DNA of 59,810 nt, filler included, from Sphacelaria rigidula (Eukaryota): assembly GCA_964200075.2 (NCBI GenBank). It is 10 parts of 10 records of this genome, joined end to end, with 100 filler letters (N's around TTAATTAATTAA, not from the genome) between each part and the next. Parts side by side here need not be neighbours in the genome. Positions count along the whole stretch, not along the records: positions 17,975 to 23,865 come from CAXNAA020023691.1; positions 23,966 to 29,856 come from CAXNAA020023692.1; positions 29,957 to 35,847 come from CAXNAA020023693.1; positions 35,948 to 41,838 come from CAXNAA020023694.1; 6 more parts are not named here. One strand, given 5' to 3'. The notes below the pieces were generated by a model that saw only the letters and a list, made by a program, of their open reading frames with translations, had not been told where the DNA came from and searched no databases. The position numbers and the translations under genes are program-made. Positions 23,409 through 36,415 of the stretch are shown piece after piece; position 1 is the stretch's first letter, and the number at the start of each line of letters is the position of its first letter.

Positions 23409-23965
23409 GTGCGGGGGGGGGGGAAGGAGGGTGTTTTTATTCCCAACCGAAGTGAACGTGAAATTTGCTCAAGCTTAGGGGTAGTAAAGGAAATGCAGGA
23501 GAAGGGAGAGGGCAAAGCATACCAGGCCATCAATCGCACCACATGCCACCAACCGTGATGAACACGAAATTCGTTCAAGTGTTGGGAGGGTGAAGGAAAC
23601 GCAAGCGCAAGTGAGGAGAGTGGGAGGGGGTGAGGGATATTGGGATGGCCATTAATCATCACATGTCCGCTACCCCCCCCCCCCCCGCGCCGTTTTGTTT
23701 TTGCGCACTTGCGTTTTGTTTGCGGTAACCATGATGGTAGTCGAGCTAGATTATGTTGTGTGGCGTGGGAAAACCTCAACCCCGCACAATGAGGATGATC
23801 GTACCACGTAGTGTTTCAATGGTCAGACACCCATGAGGTAGTGTATAAGCTGTGGCTGTCTCTGGNNNNNNNNNNNNNNNNNNNNNNNNNNNNNNNNNNN
23901 NNNNNNNNNTTAATTAATTAANNNNNNNNNNNNNNNNNNNNNNNNNNNNNNNNNNNNNNNNNNNN

Positions 23966-24106
23966 CGCGGTCTCCCGCGGAGTTTGGGGGGGCAATACAA
24001 TTTCGCTCTGTGTTACTCTTTTGTATCTTCCCTACAATGGAGAAATGGGACTTCAACCTCATTTTATGTTTCAACCCCAAAACTTAGGATCGGCGGTTAG
24101 TGCTCG
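23966..24106 (+). mobile_element. End of TA-flanked DNA element 'R2' (other copies ~30295-30427 plus, 32238-32376 minus)
   Basis: Three aligned copies of TTTCGCT.TGT.TTACTCTTT.GTA.CTTCCCT.C.AT..AGAAATG; terminus ..ATCGGC(G/T)GTT...TGCTC(G/A)|TA seen in two copies. Confidence 0.7.
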
Positions 24107-24145
24107 TATATTGCCCGAGTTTAGAAATAAATCCATATTCATGAT

Positions 24146-24733
24146 TCAAGGTGCAATTTGTACATCCAAATCTCTCTCGCACGTGAGTCTAGCGGGCAAC
24201 GATGATGACCCCGATACTTGAATTACTCTTGAGGTCAGTTGGTCGTGTAACCTCTTCGTGATTAAAATATCAAACTCATCTGGGGTCTCATTGATCCAGC
24301 CTTTAACTAAAGAGTTGAGCACTCTCAGGTCCAGGAAAAAATGAATGTCTGCCATAAAAAGCAGTTGCCTGAGGGAACTCAGAAAATCGAAGATGGTTGG
24401 ATACTCACGTTCCTCGAATAGCCCGAAGCGTCGGAGATCTGCGACCGTTCTCCGTCTGTCCCCCCAGCTCTGACCTGGAACGCCAATATGCTGGAGGTGA
24501 TCCTTCCTGCATCCCCAGTCAATTGTTGTCCCTGAAATTGTTCGTCTTGATCCGTTGTCGGCTGTGCTTAGTTGAGCCCTAGCGCGTGGTGTGACACCAT
24601 GAATACTCGTCGCTTGTGGGCGAGAGTTACGGTTGTTATGGTATCTCACGTGTCGGCGCATGTTACGAGAGGCTCTCCCATGGTTGTTGGTGTTGTTGTT
24701 TTTGCTGGTGAAGGTGTTGCGAGGCGTACTCAT
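24146..24733 (-). CDS. Extra 195-aa ORF downstream of copia pol (unknown product)
   Basis: ATG-initiated, same strand as pol and starting ~250 nt after its stop. Asn/Arg-rich N-terminal half, amphipathic-looking C-terminal half. Confidence 0.35.
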   Translation of the reverse strand: MSTPRNTFTSKNNNTNNHGRASRNMRRHVRYHNNRNSRPQATSIHGVTPRARAQLSTADNGSRRTISGTTIDWGCRKDHLQHIGVPGQSWGDRRRTVADLRRFGLFEEREYPTIFDFLSSLRQLLFMADIHFFLDLRVLNSLVKGWINETPDEFDILITKRLHDQLTSRVIQVSGSSSLPARLTCERDLDVQIAP

Positions 24734-24981
24734 GGTGTTAAAGAAACGGATGCAACGGGAAGAAGTAATGGTGCCCGGGGTTGATGATGGAGATGAGAGA
24801 AGTTGGGGAGTTGAGAAGCTGTAGATCGATGGGGGCGATGAAGAGCCCAGCCTGCGGTGTAGAAATGTTTGACGTACGGAAGCCGATACGTCCGCCTAAT
24901 ACTGACGTACTGGTAGTGACGCACGTCTATTAATACGTCAGCCTCGATATTGGCGTATTGTTGTTCCTTCCGTCCGTAGAT

Positions 24982-27900
24982 TCATGGAGATTTCCCGAAA
25001 TCGGCGATTGCATTGAGTAGTCTTCGGTGGATTGACTGCTTGCAAAATTTTGTTAAAATATCGGCCAATTGTTCGGTAGTTTTGATATAATTAATGGTGA
25101 TCTTGCCATGGGTGATGAGGTCCTTCAAGCTGAAAAAACAAATCGCGAGATTGTTGCTTTCGTTTCGGTAGTTCGCATTTGAAGAAAGATGGAGAGCTCC
25201 CTGGGAGTCGGAGAAGATGATCGAAGGTCGAATAGATGACCAACCGAGCTCTCGCAGAAGATTAAAGAGGTAGGTACCGGACTTTCCTCCTCTCGCCAGA
25301 GCTATGAGTTCAGCTTGCGTAGTTGAAGTAGCTGTGATCCGCTGCAGGCTTGAAGAAAAATGCACTGATCCACCTGATAGAAAAAACATCGTTCCCGACG
25401 TAGATATCATCTTTCCTTCGATGCCACTGTTTCCATAACTGCTATCACAGAATCCTCGAAGATCCAAATTATTCCCCGAAGAGCGGTAGACGATGGGTAG
25501 GTCCGGGGTTCCTTTGAGGTAGCGGAAAATGCGTTTTACAGCCGCTAATTGTTGTGTCGTAGGTCTACTCATATAGCGAGCAACCTGAGTGACGCTGAAG
25601 GCGATGTCAAATTTCGTGCACTGAGACAGGAAAATCAAGCTCCCCACCATAGCTTGGTACTGTTTCATACTTTGCTGATCTAGAAGTTGTCCCTCCGTGT
25701 CTGGCAGAATACTGTTGTTGACGCCGGGCGTGTGTAGCGGATTGCAGGAGTCCATGTTGAACTTGTGAAGCAAGGAGATGGCGTATTTATGCTTTGACAG
25801 TTTCAACGTTCCACGCTCTGTATCCCTCGAGACTTTCATACCCAGGATGAGGGAAACGGGTCCCAGATCCGAAATAGCATATTTATTCTTGAGCGTGTCT
25901 TGAACATCTTGTAGAAGCTTGATAGAGGGTCCGATTAGGAGAATGTCATCGACGAATAACGTGAGCATGACATACTTGTCATTTTGTTCTCTCGTGTAGA
26001 CGCAGGGGTCGCTCGCTGTCGCAGTAAATCCCAGTTTCCTCAGCTCGGATTCAATCGTTGCGTTCCATACATTGGGACTCTGACGCAGACCGTAAAGGGC
26101 TCGGCGCAAAAGCATCACGTGTGGTTGCCCGGTAGTAGGGTCCGTTGTCTCAAATCCCGGTGGCTGCTTACAAAATACTGTCTCCTTTAGCTTGCCATTC
26201 AAAAAGGTTGTTTGAACGTCGAGGACAATTATTGGCCAGTTTTTCGCAGTTGCAATCGCAAGGAGGATTCGCTGACTCTCCAGTCGGCAGACTGTTGCGA
26301 AAGTGCTCCCGCAGTCGAAGCCGTGTCGTTGTGCTCAACCCTGTACAACTAGTCGGACCTTGAATCATCCGTCGGCTTTGACCTTGTAGACTCATCTCGT
26401 GCCAATGATGTTGTTGTTCGGCGGAACGTTTCCAGCTGGAATAGTGTCGGTCACGCGATGATCTTGAATGCTGCGGAGTTCGTCTAACATGGCTGCTCTC
26501 CATTTTGTTACATTTGGTGAGGAAGAGGCCTGTTTGAAATTATTCGGGACGGGAATGGATGCAGGGGGTATGACACTTTCGATGCCGACCGTCCCGATAC
26601 AATGTGTAACTGATTCCAAAGCCATGGATGAATTCCGCGGAGCTTCGATCGCCAATGCTAGATTTCGTAGTTCTTGAGATTGACGTTGGTTGGTAGGAGA
26701 TGAAGTAGTGCGGGCCGAAGTTCCGGCGGAGCGAAGTCGCATAGGATGAGTAGAAGTGTTTGAGCTGTCGCCGCGGTCCAGCTGTGAAATGCCATCAAAA
26801 ACGTTGTTGTTGAAAACCTGTTTTGTCCTGTTGAAGGTGGTCTTGATTGTGATGAAATTCATCTTCGTCCTGTAGGTCCTCTTGATGGGGCTGTAAGTCA
26901 GTATTTCCCCCCCAAGCAGTTGGAGTTGGGCCTTGTTGCAGGCTTGATGCTCCCACTGCTTGTTCGATGAACGTAACGTTTCTAGAACTACTAATTTTGC
27001 CGGAGTGCCGGTGGTAGATGCGGTATGAAGGGCTGTCGCTGTCATACCCTATTAGAACTCCCTCCCATGCCTTGTCCTCCAGTTTGTTGAGGTGTTCTTC
27101 CTTGTGTACGAACGCACGACAACCTATGGTGCGTAGAAACGATAATTTCGCCTGTTTTCCAAACATCCTGTATTGCGGTGTTTCTCCGTTGATGCTACTA
27201 TGGGGTGGACGATTCCGTAGAAATGCTGCCGTCGCTGCTATTTCACCCCACCGGTACTTGGGCAGGTGCCCTTCGTTCAAGAGGCAACGGGTTATGTTGA
27301 GAATAGTTCTTCCGTCGCGTTCTGACATACCATTTTGCTGGGGAGTATGTGGACAGGTGAACTCTTGGAGAATTCCTGGATTTTTGCAGTATCGTCGAAC
27401 GTAGTCTGCGATATATTTTCCCCCCCGATCCGAACGCAGGCGGTGTACTCGTAATCCTAAGGGAATTGCCACGTCTTGAACATACTTGCACAGGGTAGCG
27501 ATTGCCTCACTTTTTGCCTTGATAAAGTAAACAACTTTCAGTCGACTGTAGTGGTCGGTGAAATTAGCCATATACCTATATCCTCCTGATGCAGTCGGTG
27601 TGATGGGTCCTGACAGATCCGTTGTCACAAGTTGTAGACGCTCAGTCACTGATGAAAAGTCCGCGGTCTTCGGATGGTTTTGCTGGGTGCTTTTGTTCAG
27701 CATGCAGGTGTCACACGAAGAAAGTGAACCTGTAAACTTGACACCCGTCTCGGATGTATTCATGATACGACGTATGACTGGTTCAGTTGGATGACCCAGG
27801 CGTTTATGCCATATTTCTGCACTTACAGTGGTCGAAAGAGCCGCGGGGTCGTCCTCGGTGGCCATAGCTGTAAATGCTGTCCCTTGGCCCAAGCAGTCTT

Positions 27901-29125
27901 CAGAGACCACCTCAGCTGTAAACGTAGACCCGGAGTTGGTGCGCAAGGTCTTCTGATCCCGAATAATTTTCAAGTTGAGGAAGTGTAGCGTACCGGAATT
28001 GTCGGTCCGGAGAGGAATTTTGAAGTTTCCAAGATCCACGTGAGAATTTACCGAAAATATACTTGATACTCCTTTCAGTAATGCTTCAACAGATGAGAAG
28101 AGATGTTTGCCGAGGCCCGGCACAATGATAGCCGGAAACTGGACGGAGTGCTGGTTGCCCTGCTGATCACAGACGATGGAGTGGAGGACAACTTTTCCCG
28201 TTCCGCAAAGTAGATGACGACCTGCTGTCAGAATTCTCATGGAAGGATCGAGGTTTCCATAGTCAAACATCTCCGCTTCAACATTCGGCAGTAGTTGATT
28301 GTCGATGTAGTGATGGCTAGCCCCAGAATCACATACCCTTTTGAATGATATAGAAACCGGTGGCCGAGTGTTGACCCTGTCCTCAGGATCAGCAAAAAAG
28401 GTGTAGCCTATGCCACTCGGTAGCGAGCATGAATTGGTCACTGTTAAGGATGAAGGTCCGCTGGTATCTTGAGCTTGGTGATTCGAAGGAATAGCCGCCG
28501 ACGACGTTGTTGCTGAGGTGGTTGATACAGGATCCATGGTGACCGTGTTGGCTTGATTCGGATGATTGGAGATGTTGTTCGCTCTGGGGCCGGAATCATT
28601 GTACTTGCTGCTGGAGCGGCTGTTGTTGTGGCGGGTGTGTTGACGACGACGATCGTTGTTTCCACCATGATGACTGTGGTTTCCGACCGTATTTCCATTG
28701 TATATTTTGTTCTTACATTCACTAATGTCATGGTTGTCCGTTCGGTGCAGACCACACCATTTAACAGACCTGCCGCTACTGTTGGACTGTCTTTTGGGAC
28801 GACAGTCTCGCATATGGTGACCAGGCTTACCACAGGGAAACAAATTTCCCGCGAATCGTGTAGGAGTTGAAGAATTATTAGTTGATGATGTCGCTATCAT
28901 GGCAGAATCTCGACCGCGTACTACTTTCGACAAAATTCCGCGTGCGACGCGATTGGAATACATATTCCTCATAGTCACTACGATGTCGGAGATGCTGAAG
29001 TCAGAATCGCGCTCCACATCATACTTGATCCGATCATAGTCATCTGTCAAACTTTCCACCACGATGTCCGTAAGTCTTTCATCTGATATAGGTTCACCCA
29101 TGTACACCAGCTGGTCACGCAGACC
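24982..29125 (-). mobile_element. Defective Ty1/copia LTR-retrotransposon gag-pol (5'-truncated, no LTR seen)
   Basis: Copia domain order: gag tail, knuckles (PCGKPGHHMRDC; WCGLHRTDNHDISEC), protease CDSGASHH, WHKRLGH..CDTC, integrase DLSGP/RSDRGG/PQQNGMSER, RT ALYGLRQSP..FVDD, RNase H GFCDSSY..QLADILTK. Frameshift near 26800 and in-frame stops at the start of RT (GTR*VYK, DG*FK, QG*AQ). Confidence 0.96.
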
Positions 29126-29856
29126 ACGGAGAATATGCTACCGCAAACAGGTGATCAACGCGGAAGGCCTCTCGCAATCGGGTCAAGATCGCATTCTTGA
29201 AATGCGCGGCGGTATCACTCACCAACACACGCGGCACCCCAAATGTTTGCGCCGATTCAGCAAAGATGCAGCGGTCGATTCAATAGTACACACTGCTTCT
29301 GGTTCCAGAGCCACGAAATTGCTGAAATCATCCATGATCACCAGAGCGTATCGAAACCCAGCATCCTCCGACAAACCTTGGGAAGCTAGCGGGCCACTCG
29401 CGCCCACGTACAAGAAGTCGAAATGAACAACTTCATTCGGCGTGGTCCCATGGACCGTTTCGCCGAGCGGGCGGGGAACAACATCGCCCGCCCTCGGGTC
29501 AGCACAGTCAAGACATTGGCGAACAAATTCGCGCACATGAGTTTCTATCCCCTGCCAGACACAAAACTCTCGCAAGCGCACGAGCGTCGCAGCCACACCA
29601 CGATGCCCGGCGTCACGCATGTGCGCGCAAATCGTCAGACGCACCTGAAACTGCTTGTCAGAACTCGGTTTCCACAAAACATTTTTGCCACGCACATGCA
29701 CACGAAACAGACCTTCATTGTCCAGGATGGCAGTACCAACGTCCGACTCGAAAGATTGCACATCCGCATCTTCGGCCCCAAGGTCTTTTTGTTGCGCTTG
29801 GCGGACAACAGATTTGGACGGCATCGAGTCATCAGGTTCACACGGACCATACACAG
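29120..29856 (-). mobile_element. Ty3/gypsy integrase fragment
   Basis: H2C2 zinc domain AHMRDAGHRG..FVRQCLDC; core HFDFLY..IMDDFSNFV; after a frameshift GVPRVLVSDTAAHFKN..HLFAVAYSPWS. Confidence 0.92.
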
Positions 29857-31375
29857 NNNNNNNNNNNNNNNNNNNNNNNNNNNNNNNNNNNNNNNNNNNN
29901 TTAATTAATTAANNNNNNNNNNNNNNNNNNNNNNNNNNNNNNNNNNNNNNNNNNNNCAGATTCCCTTGGCCCCGAGGATTCGAGATTGGCCGCTGAACAA
30001 AAATCCGTGCGAAAAAATCTGTGCTTACCGACCCCCGCCAGTTTGCCGAAAAATCTGTGGATAGGCAAGCACACATTTTTGCGCACGGAGTTTTGTTCAT
30101 CGGTCAATCTCAAAACCTCTGAGCCAAGCGAATCTGAAACGCAGACGAGGATCCTCTTTGTGGGGTGATGAAAAGTGTTCGAGACGTGTGTTGGCAGTTT
30201 TCTTGGTTTGGGCTCAAAAGGTGGGTCAAACGTCCCAAAAGTGAACAATCTGTGGGCCAAACATCTGTGTACCATAACATCCGGCCTAACGGGTAACTCC
30301 TGCTGCGGAGGTTTGGGAAGGAAGATACTTTCGCTTTGTCTTACTCTTTCGTACCTTCCCTGCAATAGAGAAATGGAACTTCAACCTCATTTTTTGTTTC
30401 AACCCCAAAATTTATAATCGGCTGTTGGAGGGAAATATGAGCATCATTCCTCTGGCGGAGGGACCGACTATGGTCTCTAAGGCATTCGTTGCGACTCCGG
30501 AAGACGTAGCCGTGCAGTATTTTCCAACGCGTACATTAGCACTTCTTGTGCACTTGTGTCCTATAACTGCTTCCAGGGGAGCTTTGGGACTATCACGCCA
30601 GAAGCAATACATGTATCACCCGCCGTTCACAGATTGAATTGCAAACCCGATAACACTTATCCCCAGCTATAATACCACCACGATATCCCTGCAGCAAAGG
30701 GCACGAGTTGGGCACAGGGGTATAGATACACACTGCAGTAGTTGAGCTCGATGTATGTCTTGTTGGTGGAAGTTTGAACTTGAGCAGCTGGGTATGCTGC
30801 GAGCAACAACCGGCGTTTAACTGCATACACACCCATGAACAGTGCAGGCAGACAAAGCTGCGCACACTGTTCAAGTCCTAATTCACGTTGCACTGTGAGC
30901 AGAAAACGTACATATAGTCCTGCTCTGTCTGTACTATACTTTGTGCGCTTCCCTTTCACGTCCTACTGACTGTAGCAGTGAGCACGCTGCAAGAACGGGC
31001 ATCGTGTATACTCAGCAGCTCACGGTATATAACACCCCCATGCACCCAAAGATACAGGCATTCATTTTGTTTAGCCACACGCGGGGCATATGCCGCGCTA
31101 ACTCTGCAGTACATTGTACAGCACGTATATAAACACAATATGGTACTGTCCTACACGGTATTGTACTGTTCAGTACAGCATCAAACCATGCTTATTGTTG
31201 TGATGATCATATATATCACCATCAACGTTCAGTACAGGATAAACCGCGACCATAATTTTTCGCTTGTTCACTTAAAAAAATGCTTCACTTTGGTGTTCGA
31301 ACGGTGAACACCGAACCTCGGGGTTTTCAAGCTTTGTATGTTTATATGAATGAGGTTTTCACCGTTTGAACATCA

Positions 31376-31935
31376 TAACCACAAGCTAAAGCTACGTAGC
31401 ATGGTTGTGTGTATATACATTCGCAATCGGTGTATGGGATTCGAAACCAGTCGAAGCTGTTGAAGAGTTCGATCCCCTTGCCCAAGATATGAAATGGGGG
31501 GCAAAAGGATGAGTTCTCAACGGCTTCTGTTGTCTCTCGACTCTCATTCACCGATACCGTGTCGTATGTGGGACTTGAACAGCAAAATCTGCTCGCAAAT
31601 AAGAGTACTTTTTCGCCCAATTCAAGGTATTGGTGGACAAAATGGATTTGCACCGCCTCTGCTGTTCGAAATAAATCATTTTGGCCTAATTCCAATAATT
31701 TGGAATCAGGACTCATTTCGAAGAGCTGTGAAAATTCCAGATTTCCATAGCACTTGTGCCTCCAGAAACAATTCATGGAGTTTTAATATCGACACAAACC
31801 TTCGAGAGCCCCGACATTGAGAATCCTCTAGAGGATTACGAATACCCAAGATCCTCTAGGGGGGATTTCAAAACGGACGGAACCGAGGATGACGTTTGAA
31901 AATTCCTCTACGAGGTAGCCGCATGGCCGCGTGTG
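31376..31935 (+). repeat. Interspersed repeat / DNA-transposon end (copy 2 of 77-694)
   Basis: Long collinear match to 77-694; ends TGGCCGCGTGTG. Confidence 0.8.
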
Positions 31936-34860
31936 TAGGGTTCAACTCAAAAACAAAAACAACCCCAGGCACCCTCATATACGACTACCACAGCTGTTCA
32001 AAAAAACGCGGCAGCGAGTGTACTGCTCCAATGGACTACAGACAGGTTACTTTTTGTAGGTCCTCGGTCGACACTGGGGGAGTTCTAGATCAGAAGCAGT
32101 ACAGCAATCAACTCCTTAGATTGATGTGATTCGATCCAAGCTGTCGTATACGAACTAGCCCCCTCTTCTACAACTCGAGACCACTCAGACACATCTTGGG
32201 CAACCTGCGTCCACGATGTCGCGTGTATGCCGGAGTATGAGCAGTAAACAGCCGATTTTAAATTTTGAGGGTCAACACTAAAACGGGGCTGAAGTCGCAT
32301 TTCTCTATGGCAGGGAAGATACGAAAGAGTAACACAGAGCGAAAGTATCTTCCTCCCCCAAACTCTGCAGGAGGACTTGACCGTCAGACCGCGAGAGTAG
32401 GTCACCTGTGCGATGTAAACGCAAGCAAGCAAAGCAGGCCACGACCCAAGATGGGAGAGTATGTGGCGCACTGGTCCTGTTTTCGGCTCGTAACTCAAAC
32501 CGTATGTTTTTCTCGTACAAAGGCAGTCGTCGACAGTAGACAGCTGTGGTTGAAAGTAAGCACTGAGCTCTTTCTGAAAGGAAACACCACTGTGATATAA
32601 GGGAATCATGTTACTTGTGACTTACTCGTGTTGTTAGCTTGTCACGCCTCGCCAGCAGGGAGACGTTGCGCAGAACAGATGAAAAGCTGATCTTCCTTCT
32701 TGTGAATAGTCTACGGTAGGGCCTTCTCTGTGGTGGATCGCGAGTGCCTCTGTAGGCGATGCGGCGCACGATCACCCTCACAAACTCCTAGCTATGCATA
32801 CAATCTTGTCATATAAATACCACTCCACACAACGCACTGTACCTCAAGCCAATCAAAGCTGTCGTAGCGACGGGTACCCGCAGCTAATCGGGTACAATCA
32901 TTTTGCCTTCAACCTGCTGTGGCCATAATACAGGGATCAAATCCTGCCTTTCACAAACACACATTCGACTAGAATCCTTCCATACCCGCTGGTCGTTTCT
33001 GGGGACCATCTGCATATCCACAANNNNNNNNNNATTTACCATCCCATTAGCCCATCCTGTATCGTTCAAGTGCAGTCGCTTTTCAAAAGGGACGAACTTG
33101 CATCGAGCCACACCTCTCCCACACCACAGAAAATTGAGACTCCATCTGAAGATCGAGTCCTCTTGGGTACGAGCAACGGTAAGGGGCGATCAACACAAAA
33201 AAAATCAGTAACTGGCAAACACAAGCACAAAGCAAAGAGAAAAACAAAAGTCAAACCGATACAATGATTCCGTGTCCTCATGTTCCGGGAGTCTTCAGAC
33301 GGTGTCATGGGAAAGAAAATAAGAAAAATAAGAAAAATAAGAAAAATAAGAAAAATAATACCCAAAATCAACAATCAAACCATATCGATAAAATGCAGTG
33401 TCTCCAGAATGTCGTAAGCATTTCCGTGATAGGTACAGGAAATCAGAGACCAATCATTGAAACGGGTATCCTACCCTGCCATGACTATATCATGAATAAA
33501 TACTTCGCTCTCTTTCGAGTGTCCGATTTGTTGTGGGTCATTAGTAAAAAAGACAAGCAAGCCCGCCAAGGCATTATATCACTTCGATAACCAAGTCCAT
33601 GCTAATCACTCGTCCCAGTCAATCAGTAAAAGCAAACAACGTACAGCCGAGTTCGTCGCGGAAATGGTAGTTCCCCGCGAAAACCATACGTTGATAAAAA
33701 AAGTAACCCAATATAATGATACGGACAAATCAACTCGTTTGACGTGAGTTTTTTGTCAGTACCTGTTTGTGAGACGACTTGCTGGGGACGTCTGGTTGAT
33801 GATCCAGTCGTACAGCATTCTTTTTTTTTCTCCCACGCCGATACGAGAACAACTGACCGGTTTGCGAGGTCAGGTGTCCGTACACGTCAAAAGAAACGTG
33901 GTGGGCAATACAAAACCTTCGGGCCTACCGCGTAGTACCGAGGCGGATCACCCAACACATTTCTGAACCACAACAAATACACAGGGACGAGAGGATCAAC
34001 GCAGCCCACTCCTCACAGTATTTGCCTGTTCGGACTAACACGAGACTGGCCCGAACACAAACTGGAGTAAAACCCACAGCCGGCCCTACCGTCACGTTAC
34101 TTCGTCCAATAATCCCTGATGAACAAAAAAACAAAAACGACCAATTTCAGGGGCGGGTAATTGTACGCAAAAACTGGTGAAAGTGACAAAAAGAATAGCG
34201 AGTGGCGGACTCTGAACCTGTAGGCTGTATCAACGGTCGAGTATCGACATGGCGAAACGGACAGTTCCGAAAGAGCGACCTACCTCATCATGATACGTGA
34301 TGGTCCTGTATGAGGAGATGTTTGCAACCGATCTCACCGCGACTTCAACAACAATTCGTCAACACCGCAATGTACGACGCGGCCAGTGGTGGCCTCGTTG
34401 TAACTCATCAATCACCAAAATAGAAATCATCGCGTCGCATTACCCGTGACCCTCCTATGAACGAGGTCGGTCACATGCGGCAGGACTCGCAAAAAAAAAG
34501 TAGGCCAAGTGTTCTAGACTCGAGGGTCAGAAACATTGGAACACTCGTGGCGATATTTCCGACATGGACGCAAAAACCAAAATCAAAATAAATCACCAGG
34601 GGTACGCTGGGCAACAGCGAAAACGAAAATCCGCAACACAAGGCAGGAAAACAACACGTGGAACCGTCTGTGTAAACGGAAGCGGTTATCGTGTGTATGA
34701 AGCAAGCAGGGTCAAAAGGTTTCAGCCAAGCAAGTCAAAACATTTCAGGCAACCCATGTCAAGTATAAAATCAACGTGGTACGCACCCAAAAAGGGGACA
34801 CGTCAATACCGATCCTGCAGGGGGAAGCGAGATGCGTGTACGGAGCGGGTGGGCAAGAAC

Positions 34861-35270
34861 GCAATTATTCCAGACGGGGAGGTCAGGTATATGCAGCGCT
34901 CGCTCCTAAAACTAACTCTCAACCGAAAAGGCAGAAAAATCAAGAAAAATACCGATAGCATATATCACACAAAGAAAAATGACACGTCATGACCGGTCTC
35001 GAAGAGGGAGGCGGCACTCGCGGGCAGAGCGACTGAACAAAAGCGCAAATATTCCAGACGGAGAGGTCAGGTACATGCAGCGCTCGCTCCTAACTCTCAA
35101 CCGGAAAGGCAGAAAAAATCAAGAAAAATACCGACAACATGTAACACACAAAGAAAAAAGGACACGTCATGACCGGTCCCGAAGAGGGAGGCGGTACTCG
35201 CGTGCAGAGCGACTGAACAAAAGCGCGAATACTCCAGACGTGCGCGTCAGGTATGGCTAGCGCTTGTTCC
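34861..35270. repeat. Tandem repeat, ~180-184-nt unit, ~2.3 copies
   Basis: TCCAGACG..GTCAGGTA recurs at ~34868, ~35052 and ~35232; GACACGTCATGACCGGTC at 34981 and 35161. Confidence 0.9.
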
Positions 35271-36415
35271 GGAAACTCGTCCATCGAAACAAAAAAATCA
35301 ACGAGAAAGACCATGTAATAACAACGCAAGACAACATGGGCGTACAACGAAAAGCAATTGAAGAGAGAATCAACTCGTTGGCAACTGTTCCAGTCGACGG
35401 AATGGTTGTGAATGTACGGCGCGGAGGACGGAGGTTCAAGGTTCCAGACTCAGGGTCAGGAATGGAACGATCGTCACGTGTACTTCGCCAGAGGAACCCA
35501 GAAATACCCAAGAAAATACACATTGGACACAAAATATCGAACACAAATCACGCGAAAAGAAAAGACAAAGCAAAGCATATATAGCAAAGACAACAACGAA
35601 GGCAAAAATCGAAGCAAAAAAAAACAGGGTCCAAAGCAACGAAAAACAAGACGCAACACAAAAGGAAAGAATATAAAATACAAAAACGAAAGACCACATA
35701 TCAAACACGACACACCGGCACACATCAACCGCTACAAGTGCAGGGCTAATCAGTACGAAAAAAAAAAAAATGAAGTGGGGGAAAGGGGGGGAACACAAGG
35801 GAGGCCAACGAGGCGACGGCGGAAGACAAGCGACCCCAACCCGGGGCNNNNNNNNNNNNNNNNNNNNNNNNNNNNNNNNNNNNNNNNNNNNTTAATTAAT
35901 TAANNNNNNNNNNNNNNNNNNNNNNNNNNNNNNNNNNNNNNNNNNNNTTCCTTCGGCATCAGGACGGCAGTCTCCCCCGTGGGTCTCTGACTACTCTAGC
36001 GATACGCCTTCCTTACATACATACATATATCTTTGGCTCCGGCAGTCGTTTTTATGTACTGCATGTCCTACTCATTACCCATACCAAATTTCAGGGGTCA
36101 GCTCTCAATATTGAGGTGAGAATGGGCCTCCGAACCACAAACCCGCTTCTAGACTCGCCCAGCTCGTAAGACAATTGACCTCGCATCCCTACAAAGCCGG
36201 GACGGAGCACGCCGGATTTTCGCCAGGGGGGTGCGGCCGTATGATCCGTTGCACTATGTAACGATTCGTACCGATACACAATCGCAGATGCCGCTACGCT
36301 CCGATCCTTCACATACCCGCACTTTCTTAAGTGATGATTGGTACACTTGATTTCAGACTGAAGAAAGTTCTGAGAAAACCCATGATTTTGGGTAGGTGAG
36401 CAGTGATGAGCAGTA

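Noticed and set aside
22820..23779. 319-aa minus-strand ORF
   Set aside because: Antisense of a CAG/GGC-rich candidate exon plus repeat sequence; no protein-like features.
32625..32790. Possible minus-strand exon ending in CGA|GTAAGT
   Set aside because: Acceptor lacks a pyrimidine tract and the peptide is unrecognisable; could be chance.
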